From assembly GCA_046290465.1 (NCBI GenBank), contig JBKAGP010000001.1, positions 3,104,001-3,168,000 of the forward strand: a stretch of 64,000 nt of DNA, in the 5' to 3' direction. Under the pieces are notes generated by a model that saw only the letters and a program-made list of their open reading frames with translations, ran no database searches and had not been told where the DNA came from. This DNA is from Planctomycetota bacterium (lineage in GTDB: Bacteria; Planctomycetota; UBA1135; UBA2386). Both the position numbers and the translations under genes were made by a program. Positions 28,148-37,502 of this stretch are shown here, one piece after another; the first letter of the stretch is position 1; every line of letters begins with the position of its first letter.

Positions 28148-29350
28148 TCACCTGCCCACAGCGGGCTTGCGGTAGCGCGTGATCGCAAACCCGATCGGCG
28201 CCGGGCCGGGGTCGTTGCCGCGCTGGTTGAAGCGGTGCGCGCCCTTCCGGGAGCCGAGCGCGACCAGCTCGAAGCGGACCAGATCGCGCTTGCGGTCGTC
28301 GTAGAGGCCCTCGCCGTACAGCTGCGCAGTGATCGACCGCTCGCCGTCGTCCATCGCCACCTCGCCCCCGTAGACGACCGTCGTCATGCCCTTCTGGCTG
28401 GGGCCGCGGCGCATCGTCAGCGAAGCCTTGCGCACGTGCTCGGCCTTCCACGTCGAGGCCTGGCCGCGCACGTTGTCGATCAGCATCTCACGCGCGAGCC
28501 TGGTCACGAACTTGGCGTCGACCGGTTGCGGCTTCGACGACTTCGCCGGCACCAGCGCGCGCCAGTCGTCGACGGCCTGCCAGTTCTCGTTCCACGCCCA
28601 CTTGGTGAACGCCATCCACCCGGCCTTCAGGTGCGTGTCCTTGTCGAACCGGCACTGCTCGCCCTCGCCGCGCGGCAGGTCGCGCGAGTGCACGCGCAGC
28701 ACGAACTCCTGGCCGTCGAGCCGCGCCGGCAGCGTCGTGACGACCTTGGGCACCGGCTCGTTGGCGTAGCCCTTGTCCTTGCGCAGCTTCTCCCAACGCT
28801 CGAGCGCGCGCTCGAGGCGCTCGACGATGTCGTCGGGGAAGCCGCTCGCGGCGAACCGTCCCTCGAGATACTCGCCGTCGGGCCCGATCATGTAGAGGCC
28901 CTGCTTGGTGCCCGGATGGTTCCAGTCGCCCTTCGGCATCGCCTCGCCGAAGCGCTTGAAGAACTGGTGCTCCGGCCGGTCCTGCACGCGCTTCAGGTTC
29001 CACTCGTCCTCCGGGTAGAGCATGTAGACCTCGTCGGCGACGGTGACGAAGTTGCGGCTCAGCTCGGCGATCTTCGGGTCGGACCAGACCAACTGTCGGC
29101 CCCGCACACCGTTGTTTCAGGTGCACCCGAGCGGGTGCCCGTTCATCGTCCAGAACAGGATCGGACGGCCGAGCCGACGCGCCTCCTGCACCGCCGGCCA
29201 CAGCGCGTTGCGCCAGCCGATCTCGCGGTAGCTCTCCTCGTGCGCGGCCGGCTGCACGAACGTCAGCCACTCGCGGAAGTTGTCGGCGTCGGGTCGCGGC
29301 GGGTCCTGCGGAGCCAGGAGCGCCAGGAAGGCCAGGCTGGTCGTCAGCAT
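28148..29350 (-). CDS. Putative selenoprotein A (thioredoxin-like, CxU; Sec at TGA 29119-29117), ~400 aa, probably secreted
   Basis: ORFs 29117..29569 and 28148..29107 share a frame, joined as WTMNGHPLGCT-TGA-NNGVRGR. The paralog at 37503 has the same join and a SECIS-like hairpin follows. Alternative start 29362. Confidence 0.85.
29080..29104 (-). promoter_or_regulatory. SECIS-like hairpin of selenoprotein A
   Basis: GGGCC-GAC[AGUUG]GUC-U-GGUCC with a bulged U; loop starts 22 nt after UGA, G at loop position 2. Confidence 0.7.
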
Positions 29351-29373
29351 GGCCGCGATCATAGCGGCCGCAG

Positions 29374-30249
29374 CTACTGCACGACCTCGAGCAACTCGAC
29401 ATCCAGCTGGTAGATGTCGACGCAGTAGCCGTCGATGTGGGTCTCCTTCACCGAGAGGCGGCCGACCAGCTTGATCGGCTCGAACTGGTAGTCGACGCGG
29501 CGGCCCTCGGCCATCCGGCAGCGCACGATGCCGTGCACGTCGGGCGGCGTGCCGTAGCAGCACGACCACAGCGAGCTGACCAGCAGGAACTCACGCATGT
29601 CCTCGACCTCGTCGAGCGGCAGCATGAAGCCGAGCATCAGCACCTGCAGGCCGTCGAGCGCGCGCACGGCGTCCGGTGCGCCGATGAGACCTTCGGTGTA
29701 CTTCCAGCCGCTCAGTTCGTCGAACGGCAGCACCCGGTCGACCCCGGCGATCTTGCCGTTGGCGATCATCTCCTGCAGCTTCTTCTCGGCCGCCAGCATC
29801 GCCTCCGCAGAACGCATCGCAGCGAGGTCGGCCGGATCGGTACCCTTGGGCAGTTCGCGGCCGTCGGGGTTGTTGCCGCCGGGATTGCTGCCGCCAGGAT
29901 CACCGCCGGCCGGCCGCAGCGGCCCGTCGACGCCGTTCGGCCCACCGACACCATCCGGCGCCTGCGCGACCTCGCGATCACCTGGCGGCGCATCGCCACC
30001 GGAGTCGGCGCGGTTCAGCCGCCACGCCAGCACCGTGACCCCGAGGCCGAGCAGCAGCACCGCGGCGACCAGCATCCGGTAGGCGCTGGCCGACGACCCG
30101 GTGGGCGTCGCCCGCTCCGGCCCGGCCGCGACGCGGGCCAGGATCCGCTCGGCGCGATCCGGAGGCGACGCGCGCTCGGCGAGTTCGTCGAAGGCGTGGT
30201 CGAAGTGTCGCTGCTCGACCGACTCTGGCTCGTGCTGCTGATCCGTCAT
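29374..30249 (-). CDS. Putative anti-sigma factor with periplasmic DUF3299-like domain
   Basis: Coupled to the ECF gene; single TM; ALDGLQVLMLGFMLPLD...EFLLV...SCCYGTPP. Confidence 0.75.
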   Translation of the reverse strand: MTDQQHEPESVEQRHFDHAFDELAERASPPDRAERILARVAAGPERATPTGSSASAYRMLVAAVLLLGLGVTVLAWRLNRADSGGDAPPGDREVAQAPDGVGGPNGVDGPLRPAGGDPGGSNPGGNNPDGRELPKGTDPADLAAMRSAEAMLAAEKKLQEMIANGKIAGVDRVLPFDELSGWKYTEGLIGAPDAVRALDGLQVLMLGFMLPLDEVEDMREFLLVSSLWSCCYGTPPDVHGIVRCRMAEGRRVDYQFEPIKLVGRLSVKETHIDGYCVDIYQLDVELLEVVQ

Positions 30250-30836
30250 GACGACTCCTGTTGCATCCTCCGCTGCACGCATTCGCGCAGCGCCTTGCGC
30301 GCGCGCGACAGCAGCGACTTGATCCCGTTGGCGCCGATGCCGAGGCGGCCGGCGACCTCGCTGCACGACGCGCCGTCGAGGTGGTGCCACTGCACCGCAT
30401 CGCGCATGCGACCGTCGAGCCGGTCTACGCAGCGCCGCAGCAGCTCGATCCGTTCGTCCTCGAGCGCGCTGGCGTCGTCCCGCAGGTATTCGTCGACCTC
30501 CTCGAGCCACTGCACGGTCGGCGGCTCGCGCCGGCTGCGGCGCCGCGCGCCGAGCAGCAGGTTGCGGGCGGTGCCGCGCAGGTAGGCGGCGACATCGACG
30601 ATGCGCTCGCCCGACAGCAGCCGTTCGGCCGCGATCACGAACGCATCCTGCATCAGGTCGTCGGCCTCGTGCGGGTCGGCGCCGAGCAGCCGCAGGTAGC
30701 GCCAGACCATGCGCTGGTGCGCCCGCACCAGGGCGGCGAAGTCGGCCATCACGCCGCTCGCGGCCGGGCCGGGCGCGGGGCGCTCGCTGCGTTCGATTGG
30801 CTGCACGGCGGGCATCGTCTCCGCTGGTGCCCGCAC
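30246..30836 (-). CDS. ECF sigma-70 factor (start uncertain)
   Basis: EADDLMQDAF (region 2), LRRCVDRL...EVAGRLG...IKSLLSRARKALREC (region 4). Confidence 0.9.
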   Translation of the reverse strand: MRAPAETMPAVQPIERSERPAPGPAASGVMADFAALVRAHQRMVWRYLRLLGADPHEADDLMQDAFVIAAERLLSGERIVDVAAYLRGTARNLLLGARRRSRREPPTVQWLEEVDEYLRDDASALEDERIELLRRCVDRLDGRMRDAVQWHHLDGASCSEVAGRLGIGANGIKSLLSRARKALRECVQRRMQQESS

Positions 30837-30876
30837 CCGGGTCCGCGGGTGCAGGATTCTGCAGAAAAGCCGGGCG

Positions 30877-31863
30877 CTACAGGAACAGCCGGTGCTGCCG
30901 GAAGCGCTCCTGGATGCCTGCGTCGCCGTCGACGACGCGCGGCCGGATGCCGCCGCAGATCTGGATCAGGCGCTCGGCCAGCGCGCGAACGGCCAAGGAC
31001 GTCGGCGCTTCGGGCTCGGTGACGACCAGCGGCAGCTGGCCGAGGCGATGCTGCATGACCGAATCGTCGTCCGGCACCTCGCCGAGGTAGCGAAGCTCGA
31101 CCCCGACGTTCTGGTTGGCGACCTCGGTCAGCCGCTGGAACGCCATCTCGCCGCGGCCCGGCGTGCTGACGCGGTTGACGACGATCAGGAAGCGGGCGTC
31201 CTGCTTGATCTGGGCGATGCACTTGATGACCGCGTAGGCGTCGACCAGCGCCGCGATCTCGGGCTGCGTGACCAGCACGATCCAGTCCGCGCCGAGCATC
31301 GACAGCACCGTCGCCGGCGCGATGCCGGCGCCGAGGTCGAGCAGCAGCGCATCCTCCTGGCCGGCCAGCGCGCCGAGTTCGCGCGCGAACGCGGTCAGGT
31401 CCTTGTCGCTCGGGTTGGCCATGCGGCGCACGCCGGACGCACCGGGCAGCAGCCGCGGCCCGCACGGCGTCTGGATCAGCACCTGGTCGAGCGTGCACTG
31501 GCCGGCGAGCAGCTGCTGCAGGGTCAGCGTCGGCTTGACGCCGAGCAGCAGGTGGTCGCAGGCGAGGCCGAAGTCGCAGTCGACCAGCACGGTCTTGCGT
31601 TCGGCTCGGTGCAGCAGCACCGCCAGCGACGTCGCCAGGAACGACTTGCCGGTGCCGCCCTTGCCGCTGGCGATCGCGATCGAGGTGGCTTCCTCGCGGG
31701 GTGCGGGCGGGGCGCGCAGGCCTTCGAGCAGACGGCCGAACAGGCCCTTGCCGCGCGGGCCGAGCGCGGAGCCGAGCCCGCCCTTCTTGCGAGGCGCGCC
31801 GCGTCCCTTCTGGCCGTCGACCGCCGCACCGTCGGCGATCTGTCCGTTGCCCGCTCCGTCCAT
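30877..31863 (-). CDS. MinD/FlhG-like ParA-family ATPase
   Basis: IAIASGKGGTGKS, VDCDFGLA, LLDLGAGI, ALVDAYAVIK. Confidence 0.88.
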   Translation of the reverse strand: MDGAGNGQIADGAAVDGQKGRGAPRKKGGLGSALGPRGKGLFGRLLEGLRAPPAPREEATSIAIASGKGGTGKSFLATSLAVLLHRAERKTVLVDCDFGLACDHLLLGVKPTLTLQQLLAGQCTLDQVLIQTPCGPRLLPGASGVRRMANPSDKDLTAFARELGALAGQEDALLLDLGAGIAPATVLSMLGADWIVLVTQPEIAALVDAYAVIKCIAQIKQDARFLIVVNRVSTPGRGEMAFQRLTEVANQNVGVELRYLGEVPDDDSVMQHRLGQLPLVVTEPEAPTSLAVRALAERLIQICGGIRPRVVDGDAGIQERFRQHRLFL

Positions 31864-31966
31864 GATGTATGAGAACGACCCCCCACGGGTCGGCGCGTCC
31901 GACCACGCGCTCGGCCAGTTTCGCAGATCCGCCGAAAAAGGGCAGGCCCTTTCTCGGGACCGGCGG

Positions 31967-33337
31967 CTATTCCGGCAGCAGTTCGCGCGCGTAGCGGATC
32001 GGCACGCCGAGGTTGTTGCCGTCGAAGTTGCGCTGGATGGCGAAGTTGACGGCGATCACGTCGCCCGAACCGCTGAACACCGGGCCGCCCGAGCCGCCGC
32101 TGGTGGTCGCCGCGTCGTAGGCGATCAGGTGGTCCTCGACATTGCTGACGACGCCCTCGGTGATCACCGGCGCGATCTCCCCGGCGGCCGCCAGCTGCGC
32201 GATCGCCTCGGTCATGGTGGCTGCCGACTTGCGCAGCCGTTCGAGGGTCTCGCTGTTGGCGCGCGCCAACAGCGCCGCCAGGCCCGTCGGGTAGCCGACC
32301 ACGATCGCGCGTTCGTCCTCGCCCTCGGTGCCGTCGCTGCGCAGCGGCAGCACCGGGATGCCCTTGGCCTCCGCCGGCTGGATGCGCAGCATCGCGACGT
32401 CGAAGTCGTCGCTGCGGCGCCGGATGGTCTTCTGCGCGACGTCCATCGGGCGATGCCGCGGGAACGTCACCGTCAGCTCGGTGAACACCGGCTTCGCACC
32501 GATCTCGAGCAGCGGCTGGATCGCCGGCTCCTCGGTCCACGGCAGCGCCACGTGACGGTTGGTCACGATGTAACCCTGCTCGCTGACCAGGAAGCCCGAG
32601 CCGGTGTACTCGCTCACCCACGGCTCGCCGGCGCGCGGCTCGAACCACGAACCGTCGCTCATCTCGAGCTGGTAGATGCCGTGGATCAGGCAGACGCCGC
32701 GCGACAAGTTCTTCTGGATGTCGCGCACGACCTCGTTGGCCTTGATCAGCCGGTCGATCTGCTCCTGGTACTCGGCGCGCATCTGGTCGACCTCCTCGCG
32801 CGTCACGCGATCGGCGGTCAACCGTTGCTCGGCCTTGCTCAGCTCGCTCCCGAGCCACCACCACAACAGCAGCGCGACCGCGGCGAACAGCAGCGGGAAG
32901 CCGACCTTGAGCGTCGGCGTCGCCTGCGTCAGCAGGTCGCTGGTCAGGGTGCGCGTCGCCGTCGCGGTGCCGCTGTGCCTGGCGACCTCGGCGGCGTCGT
33001 AGAGCATGCGACGCACCGGCTTGCAGACCGCGCCGACCGGCACGTAGACGCGGAAGCGCGCCATCGGCCCGCCGGGGCCGAACTCGATCAGGTCGCCGTC
33101 CTTGAGGATGATCTCCTCGACCTCACTGCCGTTGACGAACGTCTGGCCGTCGACGCGGCGCAGGTGGAACTTGCACTCGTCCTGCTGCCACTCGACGCGC
33201 GCGTGTTCGTCGGCGACCAGCGCGTGGGTCAGCGCCACCTCGTTGCTCGGCGTCCGGCCGATGCGCACCACGGGCTGCTTGTAGGTGATCGTGCGACCAC
33301 GCAGCGGTCCGGAAAGGTGCAGCAATTGTGCGCGCAT
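31967..33337 (-). CDS. FHA domain - TM - trypsin-like serine protease
   Basis: IGRTPSN...EHA...TFVNG...LKDGDLIEFG (FHA); GSGF, TNRHV, DVAML, GGSGGP triad motifs. Confidence 0.88.
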   Translation of the reverse strand: MRAQLLHLSGPLRGRTITYKQPVVRIGRTPSNEVALTHALVADEHARVEWQQDECKFHLRRVDGQTFVNGSEVEEIILKDGDLIEFGPGGPMARFRVYVPVGAVCKPVRRMLYDAAEVARHSGTATATRTLTSDLLTQATPTLKVGFPLLFAAVALLLWWWLGSELSKAEQRLTADRVTREEVDQMRAEYQEQIDRLIKANEVVRDIQKNLSRGVCLIHGIYQLEMSDGSWFEPRAGEPWVSEYTGSGFLVSEQGYIVTNRHVALPWTEEPAIQPLLEIGAKPVFTELTVTFPRHRPMDVAQKTIRRRSDDFDVAMLRIQPAEAKGIPVLPLRSDGTEGEDERAIVVGYPTGLAALLARANSETLERLRKSAATMTEAIAQLAAAGEIAPVITEGVVSNVEDHLIAYDAATTSGGSGGPVFSGSGDVIAVNFAIQRNFDGNNLGVPIRYARELLPE

Positions 33338-33355
33338 CGACGCACCATAGTCCGG

Positions 33356-34117
33356 GTGTCCGACTCCGCCAATCCACACGTTCTGGTCGAGGTCTGCGTC
33401 GAGTCGGTCGCCGGCGCCTACGCGGCCGTCGTCGGCGGGGCCGAACGGATCGAGCTGTGTTCCAGCCTGGCGGAAGGCGGGCTGACCCCCAGCGCCGGGC
33501 TCTGCCAGGCGGTCGCGGCGGCGGTGCAGGTGCCGGTGTTCGCGATGATCCGACCGCGGGCCGGCGACTTCCTCTACGACGGCACCGAGGTCGACGTGAT
33601 GTGCCGGGACCTGGAGGCGCTGCGAGAGGCCGGTGCGGCCGGGTTCGTGGTCGGTGCGCTGACCGCGGACGGCCAGGTCGACCGCCGGCGGATGACCGAG
33701 TTCGTCGACCTCGCCGAAGGCCTGCCGGTGACGTTCCACCGCGCGTTCGACGTCTGCCGGGATGCCGACGAGGCGATCGACGTGCTGTGCGAACTCGGGG
33801 TCGCGCGGCTGCTGACGTCCGGGATGAAGGCGGCGGCCCCCGACGGCAAGCGCGAGATCCGCGCAGCGGTCGCGCGCGCCGGGGATCGGCTGACGGTGAT
33901 GGCCGGCGCCGGCGTGCGCGACGACAACGTCGTGCGGCTGGTCGAGGTGACGGGCGTTCGCGAGGTGCACCTGTCGGCCGCGGGCCAGCGCAAGAGCCGG
34001 ATGGCGTTCCGCCGCGACGGCGTGCCGATGGGCACGGCCAGCCAGGACGAATACCACGTGCGCACCACCGAGGAGGCGGTGGTCGCGCGGGTCGTCGCCG
34101 CGCTGCGGAATCGGTGA
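33356..34117 (+). CDS. cutC: Copper homeostasis protein CutC
   Basis: EVCVES, GAERIELCSSLAEGGLTPS, MIRPRAGDFLY, TFHRAFD, RLLTSG. Confidence 0.93.
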   Translation: MSDSANPHVLVEVCVESVAGAYAAVVGGAERIELCSSLAEGGLTPSAGLCQAVAAAVQVPVFAMIRPRAGDFLYDGTEVDVMCRDLEALREAGAAGFVVGALTADGQVDRRRMTEFVDLAEGLPVTFHRAFDVCRDADEAIDVLCELGVARLLTSGMKAAAPDGKREIRAAVARAGDRLTVMAGAGVRDDNVVRLVEVTGVREVHLSAAGQRKSRMAFRRDGVPMGTASQDEYHVRTTEEAVVARVVAALRNR

Positions 34118-34137
34118 AGCCGCGATACGATGCGCGC

Positions 34138-34608
34138 ATGAGCACGGCGTCGCACCCGCTCCTCGACTCGATCTCCACGCTTCTGGAGACGTCCCCCACT
34201 CCGTGGGACGACGTGCTCGCGGAGCTCACCCGTTACTTCGACTGCCCGGTCGGCACCGTGCACACGCTCGACGACGGCGACGGCATGCTGCACCTCGAAG
34301 CGCAGCGCGGCCTGCCGCCGCCGGTGCTCGGCAAGGTGCAGGTGATCCCGATCGGCAAGGGCATGGCCGGCATCGCCGCCGAGCGCAAGGAGCCGGTGCA
34401 GGTCTGCAACCTGCAGACCGACGACAGCGGCGTCGCGCGCCCCGGCGCCAAGATGACGCAGATGGAGGGCTCGCTGGCCGCACCGATGATCCGCGACGGC
34501 GCCGTCCGCGGCGTGCTCGGCGTCGCCAAACCCAGCGCCTACGACTTCACCCGCGAGGAAACCTCCCTCCTCCTCGCCGTCGGCGCCCTGCTGGCCGAAC
34601 GCACCTGA
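34138..34608 (+). CDS. Stand-alone GAF domain protein
   Basis: IPIGKGMAGIAA...VCNLQTD...SLAAPM...GVLGV. Confidence 0.85.
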   Translation: MSTASHPLLDSISTLLETSPTPWDDVLAELTRYFDCPVGTVHTLDDGDGMLHLEAQRGLPPPVLGKVQVIPIGKGMAGIAAERKEPVQVCNLQTDDSGVARPGAKMTQMEGSLAAPMIRDGAVRGVLGVAKPSAYDFTREETSLLLAVGALLAERT

Positions 34609-34609
34609 C

Positions 34610-34653
34610 GTTCCGTAAGTCTGGTTCCGGGACGAAAACCTACAAACCGGACC
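34610..34653. repeat. Second, inverted copy of repeat family C
   Basis: Reverse complement resembles 24314-24357 with about 5 mismatches. Confidence 0.85.
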
Positions 34654-34728
34654 TTGGGATGCGGCGAGCGGTCTCGCTGGGGATGGGAGCCGCCGATGCG
34701 GCCTCCGACCCACGAACCCCACGATCCC

Positions 34729-37029
34729 ATGATCCCCCAGCAGTCCCTGCGCCGGCTCGCCGGCGCGTCCGTCCTCCTCACCACCCTGGCCGTCGGCCAA
34801 CAGCCGCAGCTGACCCAGACGAGCCCGCCGCAGCACGATCCGGTCGTGCCGATCCACACGGCGGCCGACGACGAAGGCCACGCCTACGGCATCTGGGGTG
34901 CGGGCCCCGGCTACAAGATCTCGTTCCACGACGGTGCGACGCTGGTGCCCTATCTCGGCAAGGCCTACCCGCACAACCAGCCGTGGACGTGGCGCACGAC
35001 CTCGGTGCGGCTCGGCGGCGTCGAACTGGCGACGCAGGCGCCGCGGCTCAGCTACGGCGGCGTGCTGGCCAGCTACGACCTCGGCGGCGTGACCGAAGCG
35101 TGGGAACTGCGCCCCGACGGCGCCGAGCAGACGTTCGTCATCGACCAGCGGCCGGCGGCCGGCGAACTGGTCGTGCAGGGCGTCGTGCAGTCGATGCTGC
35201 AGGCCGACGCCGCCACTGCCGCGCACCAGCCGCTCTCGTTCCGTGACGGCGACGGGCTCGAACTAGTCCGCTACGGCACAGCGATCGCGATCGACGCCAA
35301 CGGCCAGCAGCGCGCGATGACCACCAGCCACCGAGACGGCACCATCACGCTGCGCCTCGACGCCGCCTGGCTCGAGACCGCCGCGTTCCCGCTGGTCGTC
35401 GACCCGCTGGTCGGCCCCGGCACCAACGTGACCGGCAACACCCGCTACGAGGTCGACGTCGTGCGCTGCGCCGAGACCAGCGTCGAACCCAACTGGGTCG
35501 CCTACTCGGTCTACGCCTCGCTCGGGGACGCCGACGTCTACACCCGCCGCTGGAACGACGACGGCACGATCGGCTCGGTGCCGTTCACCGACGTCACGTC
35601 GTCGTGGTCGACCAACGACCCCGCAGCCGCCTACAACGCCAGCGCCAACAGCGCGGTGTTCGTGTTCGACCGCAGCTTCCCGAGCAGCAGCACGCGCCGC
35701 ATCCGCGCCCACCGCCACCTGCGCAGCGACTACGTCAGCAACACCACCTACGACGTGTTGCCGTCGACGGACAACGCCTGGCGCTCGGACGTCGGCGGCA
35801 CCCGCTACAACCAGGCCGGCGACCTCGTGATGGTCGTCTACCAGCAAGAACCCAACAACGGTGGCGGCTTCCAGTCGACTTCGGGGACGGACGTGTTCGC
35901 GATCCCCTACAACGCCGTGACCGGCGCGTTCGGCAGCCCGATCGGCGTCGGCACGGCGCAGTTCTCCGACAACGAACGGCCGTCGATCAACCAGGTCTCG
36001 ACCAGCTTCGGGCCGACCGCCAACTGGCTGGTCTGCTACCAGAGCCGCAACAACCTGATCATCGGCCCCAACCCCAACAACGACGACTGGGACCTGAGCG
36101 TGCGCGAGGTCGACAGCAACGGCGGCGTCAACGGCTTCCTCACGATCGACGGCGGCAACGGGGACCACAAGTTCGCGCCGCAGATCGCCGGCGCCAGCGG
36201 TCGCTACCTGGTCGCCTACGTCACCAGCCCGATCTCGGCGAGCACGCCGTTCGGACGGATCGGCCACCAGATCCGCACCATGCGCGTCGACTGGCCGGCG
36301 CTGTCCGGAGCCGGCGTGACCCCGCATCCGTCGCGGCTGCTGGTCTCGAGCCCGTCCGCCACCCGCGAACTCGGCAGCCTCGCGTTCGATCGCAACAGCT
36401 ACAGCCACTGGGCGCTGCTCGACCGCAACGCCGGCAGCGGCGACCTCAGCATGCGCCTGGTCGGCTACACCGGCAGGCTGCTGCGTTCGGAGCTGGTGTT
36501 CAACGCCAGCAGCACCCAGCTCGGCGTGCTCGGCGGCCTGTCGTTCGACGCCTTCGACGACGAGTTCGCGATCGCCTACGCCTACAACCAGAACGGCAGC
36601 GACGTGACCACCATCGACCGCTTCCAGTATCCGTTCGTGTTCAGCCCGTCGACCGCCGGCACCGCCTGCAGCCCCGCCAGCATCTCGTGGTTCGGCTCGC
36701 AGCAGATCGGCAGCGAACTGAGCGGCGTCGCCGTCGACGGCGCGGCGTTCGACTCCATCCACATTGCGGCACTGGCGACCGCACCGGCGAGCGCGGTGCT
36801 GTTCGGCGTGCCGCCGATCCAGAACGGCTGCTGGCTGCTGGTCGCCAACGCCGGCCCGGACTACCTCGGCCTGTTGGACGTGCGCGTCGGTGCCAACGCC
36901 TCATGGGAGCTGCCGCTGCCCGAGTTCCTGTCGGCCGACACCTACTACGTGCAGGGCTGGCACACGGTCGGCGGCGGCAACTTCGACTTCGTCAGCACGC
37001 AGCGCCTGGCGGTGCCGACGATCAAGTAG
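34729..37029 (+). CDS. Large secreted beta-rich hypothetical protein
   Basis: Signal peptide; N-terminal domain ending AFPLVVDPL; Ser/Thr/Asn-rich beta repeats. Confidence 0.8.
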   Translation: MIPQQSLRRLAGASVLLTTLAVGQQPQLTQTSPPQHDPVVPIHTAADDEGHAYGIWGAGPGYKISFHDGATLVPYLGKAYPHNQPWTWRTTSVRLGGVELATQAPRLSYGGVLASYDLGGVTEAWELRPDGAEQTFVIDQRPAAGELVVQGVVQSMLQADAATAAHQPLSFRDGDGLELVRYGTAIAIDANGQQRAMTTSHRDGTITLRLDAAWLETAAFPLVVDPLVGPGTNVTGNTRYEVDVVRCAETSVEPNWVAYSVYASLGDADVYTRRWNDDGTIGSVPFTDVTSSWSTNDPAAAYNASANSAVFVFDRSFPSSSTRRIRAHRHLRSDYVSNTTYDVLPSTDNAWRSDVGGTRYNQAGDLVMVVYQQEPNNGGGFQSTSGTDVFAIPYNAVTGAFGSPIGVGTAQFSDNERPSINQVSTSFGPTANWLVCYQSRNNLIIGPNPNNDDWDLSVREVDSNGGVNGFLTIDGGNGDHKFAPQIAGASGRYLVAYVTSPISASTPFGRIGHQIRTMRVDWPALSGAGVTPHPSRLLVSSPSATRELGSLAFDRNSYSHWALLDRNAGSGDLSMRLVGYTGRLLRSELVFNASSTQLGVLGGLSFDAFDDEFAIAYAYNQNGSDVTTIDRFQYPFVFSPSTAGTACSPASISWFGSQQIGSELSGVAVDGAAFDSIHIAALATAPASAVLFGVPPIQNGCWLLVANAGPDYLGLLDVRVGANASWELPLPEFLSADTYYVQGWHTVGGGNFDFVSTQRLAVPTIK

Positions 37030-37096
37030 ACCGCCGTGCCGCGCCGTGACGTGCTTGGTGCGTTCGCGCCGAGCACGTCTGGCATCGTCGCCGACG

Positions 37097-37470
37097 ATGC
37101 TCGGCTCGATCGCGATCATCTCGCTGCTGGTCGGCGGCATCGGCATCATGAACGTCATGCTCGCGACGTCACCGAGCGCACTCGCGAGATCGGCATCCGG
37201 CGCGCGCTCGGCGCGCGTCGCAGCAGCATCGTGTGGCAGTTCTTGATCGAGACGATCGTGCTCCGCTCGATCGGCGGCCTGCTCGGCGTGCTGTTCGGCG
37301 TCGGCATCCCGGCGATCATCACCCTGCTCAGCGGCAACCTGACGATCGTGCTCGCGCACCACGTCGCGCTCGCCGCCGGCATCTCGATCGCCGTCGGCCT
37401 GTTGTTCGGCCTCTATCCGGCGTGGCGGGCGGCGTGCATGGATCCCGTCGAAGCCCTGCGACACGAGTAG
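37097..37470 (+). pseudogene. Truncated, frameshifted MacB/FtsX-type ABC permease C-terminus
   Basis: [16 protein letters not shown] in one frame, [16 protein letters not shown]...[18 protein letters not shown] in another. 1-nt loss near 37167; no N-terminal part. Confidence 0.85.
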
Positions 37471-37502
37471 CTGCGCATCGGTCGCGGTATCCTGGGCGGA
37501 CC

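Noticed and set aside
29117..29119. TGA as a pseudogenising nonsense mutation or sequencing error
   Set aside because: Same codon and context in a diverged paralog, SECIS-like hairpins in both, and both halves otherwise intact.
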